From the human T2T-CHM13v2.0 reference genome, Homo sapiens: DNA of 64,000 bases. The notes below the pieces were generated by a model that was not told the origin of the DNA, made no database searches, and saw nothing but the letters and a program-made list of their open reading frames with translations. This document shows, in pieces, positions 1 through 17,728 of this stretch; within the stretch, counting starts at the first letter, position 1; each line of letters opens with the position of its first letter. A program made the position numbers and the translations under genes. The stretch lies in the NCBI RefSeq assembly GCF_009914755.1, contig NC_060947.1; one strand, written 5' to 3'.

Positions 1-3570
<3,570 letters not shown>

Positions 3571-3574
3571 AGTC

Positions 3575-5110
3575 TCTTCTAACTCATAAACGTAAACACA
3601 TTGTATGTACTCACAAAAACTAAAACTTAAGAATTAAAAAAAGGTGAACCAATAAAGAGTCTAAAATATCTACAAAAAATTAAATATAAAACATATAAAA
3701 ATATAACTAAGTATTTTTAAATTAAAAATAATATTAAATGGTGTTGGGAAAATTGGACATTCACATGCAAAAAAAGTGAAATTGGGCCTTTAGCTTAGAT
3801 GACATACAAAAATTAACTTGCATGGAATAAAGAAAGAATCCATAAAAATCCTAGAAGGAAACAATAGAGAAAATATCATTCACATTGGTCTTGGCAATGA
3901 TTTTATAGATGTAAAACCAAAAACACAAGCAAAAAAAGCAAGTGAACTACATCAAACTAGAAAACCTCTGAGCAGCAAAGGAAACAATCAAAAAAAAAAT
4001 GAAAAGCCATCTTATGGAATGGGAAAAAATATTTGCCAGCCATATATCTGATAAATGTGTTAATAATCAAATATATAAGGAATGCCTACAACTCAACAGC
4101 AAAAAATTAATAATATCCCACTTTAAAAAGGAAGAAAGGACCTGACTAGACATTTTTTTCCAAAGAAAACATACAAATAGTCAAAAGGTATATGAAAGAC
4201 ACTCAGCATTATTAATCATTAGGGAAATGCAAATCAAAATCACAATAATATATCACATCACAAGTGTTAGGATGGCCATTACTTTTTAAAAAATAAAAGA
4301 TGACACATATTGGTTAGGATTGTGGAGAAAACTACAGTTTTGATGAGAGTGTAAATTGTTACAGCCATTATGGAAAACAGTGTGATGTTTTCTCAAAAAA
4401 TTAAAAATAAAACTACCATATGATTTAGCAATCCCACTTCTAGGTATTTATCCAAAGAAATTGAAATCAGGATCTCAAAGAGTATTTGTATTTCAATGTT
4501 CATTGCAACATTATTCACAATAGCCAAGACAAGAAAACAACCTAAATGTCCATTGGCACAAGAATGAAGAAAGAAAATGTGATACATACATACAGTGAAA
4601 TATTATTCACCCTTTAAAAAGAAGTAAATTCTGCCATTTGTGACAACATGGATGGAGCTGGAGGATAAGATGCTATGTTAAATAAACCAGGCAAAGAAAG
4701 ACAAGCACTATGTGATCACAATTATTCGATGAATCTAAAACAGGCAAACTCATACACACAAAAACATGGTAGTTGTTAGGGGTTGGGGCGGGGAATGGAG
4801 AGATGATCATGAAAGGGTACAAAGTTTCAGTTATGCAAGGTAAATACATCCTGGAGATCCACCATACAGCATAGTGCTTATACTTATCAGTACTGTATTG
4901 TAGTTAAAATTTGATAAGAGAATAGTTCTTATATTAAGTGATCTCACAAGAAAGAATTATTATAGTGAAGAAGACAGAAGGAAACTTTGGGAGGTGATGG
5001 ATATGTCTATGGACTTGATGGTTTCATGGATATATACTTATCCTCAGACTCATTTAGTTGTATACATTAAATATGTACAGTTTTTACATGTCAATCATAC
5101 CTCAATAATG
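3575..5110 (+). mobile_element. Older L1M (L1MA/L1MB-like) 3' fragments: ORF2 end and 3'UTR
   Basis: Diverged ORF2 C-terminus (KILEGNNRENIIHIGLGNDF) and L1M-type tail TATACATTAAATATGTACAGTTTTTACATGTCAATCATACCTCAATAA. Confidence 0.85.
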
Positions 5111-8040
5111 TGCAGCCATAAATTAAAATTACATTAATAGAGGCTCATCAAAAACCCAGTAGCCTAAATATGGCTGGCCCTAAGTCAGTTTTCAACAAAT
5201 TCTTGTTTTCCTGGACTTAAATAAAATACATGAGTTATTTCGTTTATCAAGTGGAACAGCATGGAGCCATGAAAACATTGATCATTGAGATCTGTGGATG
5301 CCTTACCAATATTAAGAATTCAGGACTCTCTTGGGATTCGGGAAGTATGTCAACAACTTCTCCCTCATTGCCAAGCCCATTAAGACTTGACTTGCAAGTA
5401 TCTGAGCCTCCTAGAGAAGAGTATCCACTCCCAGAGAGTGAGTATGAAGAAGGCTCGTACTGTCCAATAGTCCTCCAGGTGAACTGTTGGAGTATTTATG
5501 AGAGAGAAGAGCTACAAACTGACTTTTGAGACCCTACCTTTTTTTTTTCACATTGCATGACTAAGTCTTTTGATCTGTCTTTTTGGTTTGTTTGTTTGTT
5601 GGGTTTTTTTGTTTGTTTTCTTGTTTATTTTTGTGGGTACATAGTAGGTGTATATATTTATGAGGTATATGAAATATTTCATACAGGCATGCGATGTGAA
5701 AGAAGCACATCATGGAGAATGAGGTATCCATCCTCTCAAACATTTATCCTTTGAGTTACAAACAATCCAATTACACTCTTTTAGTTATTTGTACATGTAC
5801 AATTAAGCTATTGTTAACTATAGTCACCCTGTTGTGCTATCAAATAGTAGGTCTTATTTCTTCTTTCTAACCATTTTTTTGTACCATTAACCTTCCCCCC
5901 CCCCTCCCACCTGCACTCCATTATCCTCCCCAGCCTCTGGAAACTATCCTTCTACTCTCTGTGTCTATGAGTTTCATTGTTTTTATTTTTAGATCCCACA
6001 AATAAGTGAGAACATGTAATGTTTGTCTTTCTGTGCCTGGCTTATAACATAATGATCTCCAGTTCCATGCATATTGTTGCAAATGACTGAATATCATTCT
6101 TTTTGTGGCTGAATAATATTCCATTGTTTATATTTACAGCATTTTATTTATCCATTTATCTGTTGATGGGCTGTTAGGTCCCTTCCAAATCTTAGCTGTG
6201 GTAAACCCTGCTGGAACAAACATAGAGGTTCAGATATCTCTTTGATATACTGATTTCATTTCTTTTGGGTATATACCCAGCAGTAGGATTGCTGGATCTT
6301 ATGGTAGCTCTGTTTTTAGATTTGGAGGAACCTCCAAACTGTTCTTCATAGTGGTTGTACTAATTTACACCCCCACCCAAAATATACAAGTGTTCCCTTT
6401 TCTCTGTATCCTTGCCAACATTTGTTATTGTCTGTGTTTTGGATAAAAGCTATTTTTAACTGGAGTGGATGACATTTCATTGTAGTTTTGATTTGCATTT
6501 CTCTAATGATCAATGATGTTGAGCACCTTTTCATATTCCTGTTTGCTATTTGTATGTCTTCCTTTGAGAAATATCTATTTAAATGTTTTGATCTTTTTTA
6601 TTGAATTATAAGATTTTTCCCTATATTGTTGTTTGAGCTCCATATACATTCTGGTTACTAAACCTGTGTCAGAAAGGTAGTTTGCAAAGATTTTCTCCCA
6701 CTCTGTGGGTCGTTTCTTCACTTTGTTGATTGTAACCTTTGCTGTGCAGAAGCTTTCTAACTTCATATGATCCCATTTGTCCATTTTTGCTTTGGTTACC
6801 TGTGCTTGTGGAATATTGCTCAAGAAATTTTTGCCGAGGCCAACGTCTTGGATATTTTCTCCAATGTTTTCTTGCAGTAGTTTCATAGTTTAAGATGTTC
6901 GATTCAAGTCTTTAATCCATTTTGATTTTACTTTCGTATATGGTGAGAGAAAGGGGTCTGGTTTCATTCTTTTGCATATGGATATCCAGTTTTCCCATCA
7001 CCATTTATTGAAGAGATGGTCCATTCCCCAATGTATGTTATTGTCACGTTTGTCAAAAATGACTTCACTGTAGATGTGTGGATTTTTTTCTGGGTTTGCT
7101 ATTCTGTTCCACTGGTCTATGTGTCTTTTCATGCCAGTACCATGCTGTTTTGGTTACTATATGTTTAGCATAATTTGAAGTCAGGTAATGTGATTTCTTT
7201 GGTTTTATTGTTCTTGGTTAGGATAGCTTTGTCTATTCAGCTTTTTTTTTATGGTTCCATATGCATTTTGGAATAGTTTTTTCTAGTTCTGTGGGGAAGG
7301 TCTTTGGTATTTTAATAGGAATAGAGTTGAATCTCTAGATTGCTTTATGTAGTGTGGACATTTTAACATAGTTAATTCTTCCAATTTTGAACATGGAATA
7401 TTTTTCCAATTTTTAGTGTTCTCTTAAATTTCTCTCATCAGTGTTTTACAGTTTTTATAATAGAGTTTTCCCACTTCTTTGGTTAAGTTAATTCCTAGAT
7501 ATATAATTTTTTGTGTGGCCATTGTAAATGGGATTACTTTAAAATGTTTTTCAGACTGTTCACTGTTGGCATATAGAAATGCTACTGATTTTTGTATGTT
7601 GATTTAGTATACTGCAAATTTACTGAATTTGTTTGTCAGTTCTAGTAGCTTTTTTGTGGAGTTTTTAGGCTTTTGCAAATATATGATCATATCATCAGCA
7701 AACAAGAATAATTTGATTTCTTCCCTTCCAATTTTGATTTCCTTTATATTCTGCTCTTTTCTGATTGCTCTAGCTAGGACTTCCAGTACTACGTATAAGA
7801 ACAGCATTGACAATGGGCCTCCTTGTTGTGTTACGGATCTTCAAGAAAAGGTTTTCACTGTTTTCTCATTGAGTATGGTACTAGCCATGGGTCTGTCATA
7901 TATGGCTTTTATTATGTTGAGGTATGTTACTTGTTTCCCCAGTTTCTTTAGGGTTTTTTTTTATCATAAAGGGATGTTGAATTTTATTAAATGCTTTTTC
8001 AGCATCAGTTGAAATAATCATATGGCTTTTCTCCTTCATT

Positions 8041-8770
8041 TTTTTAAGTTCCTCTGTCAGACCTTCTGTTGTCCTATGAAAGTTCCAATGTAAGTTGCCC
8101 AGCAAAATACAAAGTCAAACTTAATCCCCATAGTATGACATTAAACTGTCTCTAGATAACAACAGTTTGATTCTAAATGGAGAGCACTGATCTGTTTCAT
8201 TTTAAGGGTAACCTACTGCTTGGGGATGGGGTGGGGGGAGAGTATGTGTGACATGCTTTACTGAATCTGTGTTAATCACATCCTTCCCCACCTTTGTTCT
8301 AATTTTAGAAGCTGGGCAGAGAAATCGAGCTGCAAAATGACCTACAGATATTACAGTTTTATTCTTGGAAAATGGAGGTTGTCTATTAGTGTGATGGTAA
8401 CAACCAACTAATAAAATTTGGAGACTAGACTGCTTGTCATGTCTGGGGTTCACTGGAAATCAATGATTCACTGGAACAATTCTCCTGTCAAAAAAAATGT
8501 GAGGTTTGTAACTTGCCCTAAGTATAACAAGGGATATATTTTAACAAAGGATGTATTTTTTCTTAAGAAGCAACCATTTCTCAGCTTATACATAATAGCA
8601 ATAATAAAGGCTTTGACCCTATTAATGATTTTCTTATTTAATCTTGATTTTTACAGTTCATCACTGCATTTCATTATGGGAAGATTTAAATATTAAATAG
8701 AAACTAGCTAGCTTAATAAAATCTGAACACAGTTAATGTCTGTCATAATGCTCATTTTAATACATTTCTA
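8041..8770. other. Non-L1 unique-looking insert inside L1 ORF2, flanked by a TCCTTCATT duplication
   Basis: L1 breaks after TCCTTCATT (8032-8040) and resumes at TCCTTCATT (8771-8779). The related L1 at ~58990-59030 is uninterrupted at the equivalent site. Confidence 0.85.
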
Positions 8771-9200
8771 TCCTTCATTCTGTTGATATTATGTATCATA
8801 TTGATTGATTTGCACACAATTCACCATCATTGCATCCCAGGGATTGCACTTGGTCATGATGAAGGATCTTTCTAATGTATTGTTGAATTTGGTTTGCTCA
8901 TAGTTTGTTGAGGATTTTTGCATCAATATTCATTAGAGATATTGGCCTGTAATTTTTTTATATGTCTTTGTCTGCTTTTGGAATCAGGGCAATACTAGCC
9001 TTGTGGAATGAATTTTAAAGTATTCCCTTTTCACCTATTTTTTCTGAATAATTTGAGTAGGATTGGTGTTAGATCTTCTTTAAATGTTTGGTGGAATTCA
9101 CCAGTGAAGCCACTGGGTCCCAGGATTTTCTTTACTGGGAGACTTTTTAATACAGCTTCCATCTCATGACTTATTATTCATCTGTTTGTGTTTTGGATTT

Positions 9201-11520
9201 TGTATTAGTCTGTTTTCAGGCTGCTAATAAAGACATACCCAAGACTGGATAACTTATAAAGGAAAGAGGTTTAATTGACTCACAGTTCCACATGGCTGGG
9301 GAGACCTCACAATCATGGTGGAAGGCTAATGAGGAGCAAAGTCACGTCTTACATAACAGCAGGCAAGTGAGCTTGTGCAGGGGAACTCCCACTTATAAAA
9401 CCATCAGATCTCATGAGACTTATTTACTACCATGAGAACAGTGTAGGGGAAACCACCCCTATGATTCAATTATCTCCACCTAGCCCTTCCCTTGACACAT
9501 GGGGATTATTACAATTCGAGGTGAGATTTGGGTGGGGACACAGCCAAACCATACCATCCCACCCCTGGTTCCTTTCACATCTCATGTCCTCATATTTCAA
9601 AATCAATCATGCCTTCACAACAGTCCCCCAAAATCTTAAATCATTTTAGTGTTAACTCAAAAGTCCACAGTCCAAGGTCTTATCTGAGACAAGGCAAGTC
9701 CCTTCCACCTATGAGCCTGTAAAATCAAAAGCTAGTTAGTTACTTCCTAGATACAATGGGAGTACGGGCATTGGATAAATAAACCTATTCAAAATGGGAG
9801 AAATTTGCCAAAACAAATGGGCTACAGACCTCATGAAAGTCCAAAATCCAATGGGGCAGTCAAATGTTAAAGCTCCAAAATGATCTCCTTTGATTCCATG
9901 TCTCACATCCAGGTTATGCTGATGCAAGAGGTGGACTCTCATGGCCTTGGGCATCCCTGCCACTGTGGCTTCTTAGGGTACAGCCTCCCTCCTGGCTGCT
10001 TTCATGGACTGGTGTTGTGCCTATAGCTTTTCCAGGTGCATTGTGCAAGATGTTGGTGAATCTACCATTCTGATGTCTGGAGGACGGTGGCCCTCTTGTC
10101 ATAGCTCCACTAGGCAGTGCTCCAGATGGGACTCTGTGTGGGGCCCCAACCCCACATTTCCCTTCCACACTGCCCTAGCAGAGTTACATGAGGGCTCTAC
10201 CCCTGCAGCAAACTTCTGCCTGGACATCCAAGCATTTCCATACATCCTCTTAAATCTAGGCAGAGGTTCCCAAATGTCAGTTCTTGATTTCTGTGCACCC
10301 ACCGGCCCAAAACCACATGGAAGCTGCCAAGGCTTGGGGCTTGAACCCTCTGAGGCAACATCCTGAGCTAGAGCTCAACATAGATGTTGGCCCCTTCTAG
10401 CCATGGCTGGGACACAATGCATCAAGTCCCGAGACTGCACAAAGCAGCAAGGCCCTGGGCCCAGCCCATGATATTATTTTTTTCCTTTTAGGCCTCCAGG
10501 CCTGTGATGGGAGGGGCTGCTGTGAAGACCTCTGACATGCCCTGGAGACATTTTCCCCATTGTATTGGCAATTAACATTTGGTTTCTTGTTACTTGTGCA
10601 AATTTCTGCAGCTGGCTTGAATTTCTCCTCAGAAAATGGGTTTTTCTTTTTTATTGCATCATCAGGCTGCAAATTTTTCAAAATTTTATGCTCTGCTTCC
10701 CTTTTAAACATAAGTTCCAATTGCAAACCATATCTTTGTGAATACATAAAACTTAATGCTTTTAACAGTACTGAAGTCGCATCTTGAACACTTTGCTGCT
10801 TAGAAATTTCTACTACCAGATGCCCTATATCATCTTTCTCAATTTCAAAGTTCCACAGATCTCTAGGACAGGGGGAAAATGCCACCAGTCTCTTTGCTAA
10901 AGCATAACAAGAGTCACCTTTGCTCTAGTTCTCATATCCATCTGAGACCAACTGGGCTTGGACTTTATTGCCCATATCACTATCAGCATTTTGGTCAAAG
11001 CCATTTAACAAGTCTCTAGGAAGTTTCAAACTTTCCCACATTTTGCTGTCTTCTTCTGATTCCTCCAAGCTGTTGCCACCTCTGCTTGTTACCCAGTTCG
11101 AAAGTTGCTTCCACATTTTTGGGTATCTTTACAGCCACACCCCACTCTACCAATACCAGTTTACTGTATTAGTCTGTTCTCATGCTGCTTACAAAGACAT
11201 ACCCAAGACTGGGTAATTTATAAAGAAAAGAAGTTTAATTGACTCACAGTTCCACATGGCTGGGGAAGCCTCACAATCATGGCAGAAGGTGAATGAGGAG
11301 CAAAGTCACGTCTTACATCGTGGTAGGCAAGAGAGCTTGTACAGTGGAACTCCCATTTATAAAACCATCAGATCTTAGGAGTATTATTCACTATCACAAG
11401 AACAGTATGGGGGAAACTGGCCCCATGATTCAATTATATCCACATAGTCCTGCCCTTGACACATGGGGATTATTACAATTCAAAGTGAGATTTGAGTGAA
11501 GACACAGCTAAACCATATCA
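9201..11520 (-). mobile_element. Complete THE1 (THE1C-like) MaLR provirus: LTR 9201-9556, internal 9557-11164, LTR 11165-11520
   Basis: Two ~356-bp direct repeats starting TGTATTAGTC and ending CCATA(C/T)CA around a ~1.6-kb THE1 internal region. Perfect 5-bp TSD GATTT (9196-9200, 11521-11525). Confidence 0.95.
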
Positions 11521-12816
11521 GATTTATTTCTGGTTCAATCTTGGTAGTTTGTATGTGTCTAGGAATTTGTCCATTTCTTCCAGACTCTCCAATTTATTGG
11601 CATATATTTGCTCATAATAGCCACTAATGATCCTTAGAATTTCTGCAGTATCAGTTCTAATGTCTCCTTTTTCATTTCTGATTTTATTTATTTGGGTCTT
11701 ATTTCTTTTTTTCCTCATCTGGCTAAAGGTTTGTCAATTTTGTTTAACTTTTTAAAAAGCTAACTTTTTGTTTCACTGCTTTTTTATGCTTTAATTTTAA
11801 TTTGATTTATTTCTGCTCTAATCCTTATTTTTTTTCTACTAAGTTCTGGTTTGGTTTGCTCTTGCTTTTCTAGTTATTTAAGATCCATTATTAGATTGTT
11901 TATTTGAAGATTTTCTTGTTTTTTCATGTGAGCACTTATAGCTGTAAACTTCCCTATTATACTGCTTTTGCTGTATCCCATAGGTTTTGGTATGTTGTGT
12001 TTCCATTATCATTTGTTCTAAGAAATTTTTCAATTTTAAATTTTTCATTGATTCACTGATCATTGAAGAGCATATTTTTTAATTTCCATGTAGTTGCACA
12101 GTTCCAAACTTCCTCTTTTCAATAATTTCTACATTCATTCCATTGTGTTCAGAGAAAATACTTGATATTATTTTAATTTTTAAAAAAATTTTTAAGACTT
12201 GCATGTGATCTAACATATGGTCTATCCTTGAGAATTTTCCACGTGCTAAAGAATAAAAATGTTTATTCTGCAGCTCTTGAATAAAATATTCTGTAAATAT
12301 CTATTAAATCCATGTGGTCTACAGTGCAGATTAAGTCTGCTGTTTCCTTGTTGATTTTCCGTCTAGAAGATCTGGCCAATCCTGAAAGGGGAGTGTTGAA
12401 GTCTCCAGCTATGATTGCATTGGGGTCTTTCTCTTTAGCTCTAATATTTCCTTTATATATCTGTTTGCTGTCGTGTTGGGTGCAAATGTATTTAAAATTG
12501 TTATATCCTCTTGCTGAATTGACCCCTTTATCATTATATACTTACATTCTTTATCTCTTCTTATAGTTTTTGTCTTGAAATCTATTTTGTCTGATATTAA
12601 TATAGTTACTCCTGCTCTTTTTTTGGTTTCCATTGACATGGAATATCTTTTGGTATTTTTTCATTTTCAGTCTCTGTGTGTCTTTACAGATGATGTGTGT
12701 TTCTTGTAGTCAAGAGATCCATGGGTCTCGTTTTTTCTTTCATTGAGCCAGTGTGTCTTTTGATTGGAGAGTTTAGTCCATTTACATTCAATGTCATTAT
12801 TCACAAATAAGGACTT

Positions 12817-12977
12817 TAGCCGGTCATGGTGGTGAGTGCCTGTAATCCCAGCTCCTCGGGAGACTGAGGCAGGATAATTGCTTGAACCCATGAGGCAGAG
12901 GTTGTGATGAGTCAGCTGCACTCCAGCCTGGGTGACAGAGGGAGATTCCATCTCCAAAAAGAAAAACATAAATAAGT
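12817..12977 (+). mobile_element. Alu right-arm fragment (FRAM or 5'-truncated) inside the L1
   Basis: GCCTGTAATCCCAGCT...CACTCCAGCCTGGGTGACAGAG plus A tail; TSD AAATAAGGACTT (12805-12816, 12978-12989). Confidence 0.9.
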
Positions 12978-15900
12978 AAATAAGGACTTACTTTGCTATT
13001 TTATTATGTGTTTTCTGTTTTGTTTTTGTTTTTGTTGTCTTCTCTACCTTCTTTCTTTCCTTTCTGTCTTTATCTAGTGAATGTGATTTTCTCTGGTTAT
13101 ATGATTTTGTTTATTGCTTTTTTGTGATTCATTGTATATTGTTTGGTTTGTGGTTACCATGAGGCTTGCAAATACTATCTTATAATCTATTATTTTAACC
13201 CAATAACAGTTTAACACTGTTTCCATAAACAAACAAACAAGCATAAATAAAACTAACAAAAACTGTACTTTTTAAGTTTGTCCTCCTGCTTTTTAATTTT
13301 TTATAGTTTCTATTTGTAACTTATTCAATGACTATGTCTTGAAAAGTTGTTGTAGTTTTTATTTTTTATTGGTTCATTGTTTATTCTTTCTACTTAAGGT
13401 AAAAGTAGTTTGCACACCACACTTACAGTGTTATAATACTCTATGTTTTTCTGTGTATCTACTATTACCAGTGAGTTTTGTACCTTCAAGTGATTATTTA
13501 TTGCTCATTAATGTCCTTTCCTTTTTGATTGAAATGCTTTCTAGCATTTCTTGCAGGACAGGTCTGGTATTCATGAAATTTTTCAGCTGTTTCTAGGAAA
13601 GTATTTATTTTTTCTTCGTGTCTGAAAGATACTTTCACTAGATATGCTATTCTGGGATAAGTTTATTTTTCTTTAGCACCTTAAATATTTCATGCCACTC
13701 TCTCCTGGCCTTTAAGGTTTCCACTGAAAAGTCTTCTGCCAGAGGAATTGGAGCTCTATTATATGTCGTTTGTTTATCTTACCTTGCTGCTTTTATGATT
13801 CTTTCGTTATCCTTAACTTTTGGGAGTTTGATTTTTAAATGCCTTGAGGTAGTCTTCTTTGAGTTAAATCTGCTTGGTGTTCTATAACCTACTTATACTT
13901 GGATATTGAGATCTTTCTCTAGGTTTAGGAAGTTCTCTGTTATCCCTTTGAATAAACTTTCTACCCCTATCTCTTTCTCTACCTCTTCTTTAAGGCCAGT
14001 TACTCTTAGATTTGCCCTTTTGACACTATTTTTTAGATCCTGAGGCATGTTTCATTTTTAAATTTTTTTTTTACTTTTATCTCCTCTGTATATTTTCAAA
14101 TAGTCTGACTTCAAGTTCACTAATTCTTTCTTCTGCTTGATGAATTTTGCAATTAAAAGACTCTGATGCATTCTTCAGCATGCCAATTGCATTTTTCAGC
14201 TCCAGAATTTCTGCTTGATTATTTTTAATTATTTCCATCTGTTTGGTAAATTTTTCTGACAGAATTATGAAATCCTTCTCTGTGGTATCTTGAATTTCCT
14301 TGAGTTTCCTCAACACAGCTATTTTGAATTCTCTGTCTGAAAGGTCGCATATCTCTGTTTCTCCAGGATTGGCCATTTAGTTCATTTGGAGAAGTTATGT
14401 TTTCCTATCTGGTGTAGATGCTAGTAGATGTTCTTCATTGTCTGTGCATTGAAGAGTTAGGTATTTATTGTAGTCTCCACTGTCTGTACTTATTTGTCGC
14501 CGTCCTATTTGGGAAGGCTTTCCATATATTTGAAAAGACTTGGATGTTGTAATCTAAGCTCTGTCTGCTTTAGGGGGCACCCCAGGCCCAGTAACACTGT
14601 GAATCTTGTAGACTTGTAGAGGTAAGCCTTTATGGTCTTGGACAAGATCCAGAAGAATTCTATGGGTTACCAGGCAAAGACTCTTATTCTCTTCCCTTAC
14701 TTTCTCCCAAACATACAGAGTCTCTCTGTCTCTTCTGAGCCATCTAAAGCTGGGAGTGGAGTGACACAAGAACCTCTGTGACTACCACCACTATGAATAT
14801 ACTGGGTCACACCTGAAGCTACTACAGCACTGGGTCTTGCCCAAGGCCTGCTGTAACCACTCCGTGGCTACTGTCTAAGTTTGCTCAAGGCCCTAGGGCT
14901 CTACAGTTAGCAGGTTGCAAAGCTAGCCAGGCCTGTGTCCTTTCCTGCAGGGCAATGAGGTCCCCAGGCCCCGGGTTGATCCAGAAGTTCCGTTAAGGAG
15001 TCAGGGGCTAGAGTAAAAAACCTTTGAATTCTACCTTGTGTTCTTTTGGTTTCCGGCTAAGCTTGCACTCAAACCACAAGATGCAGTCCTTCCCAGTCTT
15101 TCCTTTCCTTTCCAAAGGCAAAAGATCCTAGAGCCCACCTGGTGCTCTGTCTGTCTGTGGCCATGCTGGTACCTGAGGTACAAGACAAGGTCCCCTTTGC
15201 TTTTCTCAAGCAGAAGGAGTTTTGCCCTGAGGCCACCACAGCTGGTAATGTGCTGAATCTCACCTGAATCTAGCAAATCTCAGCGGCTCACCCAAGGCCT
15301 TCAGTGTAGTACCTGGGTATTGCTGCTGGTCATTCAGGGCCCAAGGGTACTTCATTTAGCAAGTGATAAATGCTGCTAGGCCTGGGTCCTTTTCTTCAAG
15401 GCAATGGGTTGTCTTCTGGCCCACGATGTGTCTACAAATGTTGTCTGGGGTCTAGGGCCTGGAATGGGGGTGTCACAACTCTGACCAGAGTCCTATCTTG
15501 CTGTGGCTAAGCTGGTACCCTAGATGCAAGACAAAGTCCACTCCACTCTTCTCTCTCCTCTCCTCAATTGAAAGGAAGGGGTTTCTTTTGTAGCTCAGAA
15601 CTGTGTAGCCTGGTGTTTCAGGTAGGGTGATGCTTACACTCCCTTGGCTGTCCCAGCTGATGTTTCAATATGTCTTGTGCCCCCACAATCCACTTCTCTA
15701 GGCTTAGTTTAACTCTAGGATTCACGTAAGTGTTGCAGTCCTTATGGCCTGGATGGCCTTTCAAGTTTACTTAGAAACCTAGAGCACTTTGGCCCTCAGT
15801 GATGAGGTTTGTGGGAACTCATGTTTGAACTGCTGTGATTCGCAATTCTCTGGCTAGGGCTGGTTTAAATGCTCCTCCTGTGTATGGGTGTCAGCTGAGT

Positions 15901-16595
15901 TTGGTCTGGTTTTTATTTCTGCTCTAACAGGATCCCACTGAGTTCAATGCCTCAAATTGCTGTTTCCCTTCTCCCAATGCCCAGAGGCCACCACTGCTGT
16001 GTATTCAGGGAGGTGTGGCACTGGCAACTCAGGGCTGTTTTTTCTATCTCTTCAGTGTTTCTTTCAAGGATATGAAGTTAAAACCAGGTACTATGAGTGC
16101 TCACTTGATTTTTGCTCCATATGATGGTGTTTTTTTGTGTGTAGATAGTTAACTTGGTGTCCTTGCAGGGAGAGGAGAGACGATTAGTGGATTTTTCTAT
16201 TCTGCCATCTTGCTCCACCTCTCAGCATGAGTAGGTCTTTTGTTCTTAAAGACATTGTTGTTAGCCTAGGCAGCCTGGAGGTGGTGTTATATTAGATTGG
16301 TAAAGGATATATGTGGCCAATGCTTTTGCTAATCAGAGTCCTGAAGACAGTAAGATCCTGGCACTGATGCATGAAATAATTGACCATATCTGAAAATATT
16401 TATTTGGCAGTCAGTTTCAAATAGACAGTGACCTAGTTACTAATCACCTGGTGATGGTTTATGTCACCTGGTGATGCTTTATGGTATAGTGAAACATGCA
16501 TCAGCTCTGGGATTAATCAGAGCTATATTGGAATAGTAACTCTACCATTACTAGTTGTGTGACTTTGAGTCTCCTGTTCTCATCTTTTAAAATGA

Positions 16596-16952
<357 letters not shown>

Positions 16953-17030
16953 TAAAATGACCTATTTCATATGGGTCATAGATGTAAGCATTAAATTAGG
17001 TAACATACAGCTTAGTAGTTAATATTAAGA

Positions 17031-17669
17031 CAACATCTGGTGGGGGGTACTTGTCACCCCAGAAGCCCCAGAAGGAGTGTTACAGTCAGCACTCTTTTAG
17101 CTTTGCCATCTGCAGATGGCTTAAATGTTTAATGGCTCAGTGGACCCTCTGCCTTTTCACAAGGGCACAGGATCAGTGTGACAGGCTTCTGTATCCTAAA
17201 CTTTTGCCTGGCATCCAGGAAAAATCAGGTCACACAAACGAATTGAAGGATAGTAAATTCAGGGGATTTTATTGCTGATGGAAGTGGCTCTTGGCAGGAA
17301 GGGGAGCTAGAAAGGGGATGGAGCAGGAAGGTATGCTTCCCCTGAAGTTCAGCCATCTCCAGCTGGACTCTTCTCTGAAGTCCTGCCATAAAGCCGTCCC
17401 TCTGAAGTCAAACTGCTTCTCCTTGATGTTCAGTTGCTTCTTCTCTTCTCCCCTTCTCTGCTCTTTGCCAGTGAAGCCTGGAGTTTTTATGGGTATAGGA
17501 TGGGGGGTGAGGGGGGCCAGATGTGGTTTTGGAAAAGGCAACATTTGAGTGGGAAAATGGGGATAATAAAGTTCTCAGTTTGGGCTGATCTTCCAGGCTT
17601 GAGGGTGGGGCCCTTGCCAGGGACCCCAGCTTTTTCTGCCTAGAATTTCTCTGCCTCCTGTCCCTATCA
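17031..17669 (-). mobile_element. ERV1 LTR fragment, MER52/LTR27/LTR28 group
   Basis: Terminus GCCTAGAATTTCTCTGCCTCCTGTCCCTATCA; colinear with the longer copy at 57521-58353. Confidence 0.8.
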
Positions 17670-17728
17670 CTGTTTTAAGTACTTTGTGGATTATCTCTTT
17701 AAAACTTCACAGCAATTATATGACATAA

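Larger units (their letters stand above)
5573..16224 (-). mobile_element. Full-length L1MA1-3-like LINE-1 with nested insertions
   Basis: L1MA-type 3' end at ~5630, minus-strand ORF2 and ORF1 fragments (ORF1-like 14077-14376), 5' end GAGAGGTGGAGCAAGATGGCAGA with YY1 motif at ~16201-16223. 18-bp TSD with 2 mismatches: GCATGACTAAGTCTTTTG (5555-5572) and GCATGAGTAGGTCTTTTG (16225-16242). Confidence 0.93.

Noticed and set aside
9413-11499. Cluster of 60-160 aa ORFs
   Set aside because: THE1 LTR and internal sequence with a decayed MaLR ORF; no intact gene.
17031-17669. Similarity between 17.0-17.7 kb and 57.7-58.35 kb, and between the two L1MA copies, as a segmental duplication or one large provirus
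   Set aside because: Flanks differ and the second LTR has its own TSD inside an L1; these are independent insertions of the same families.
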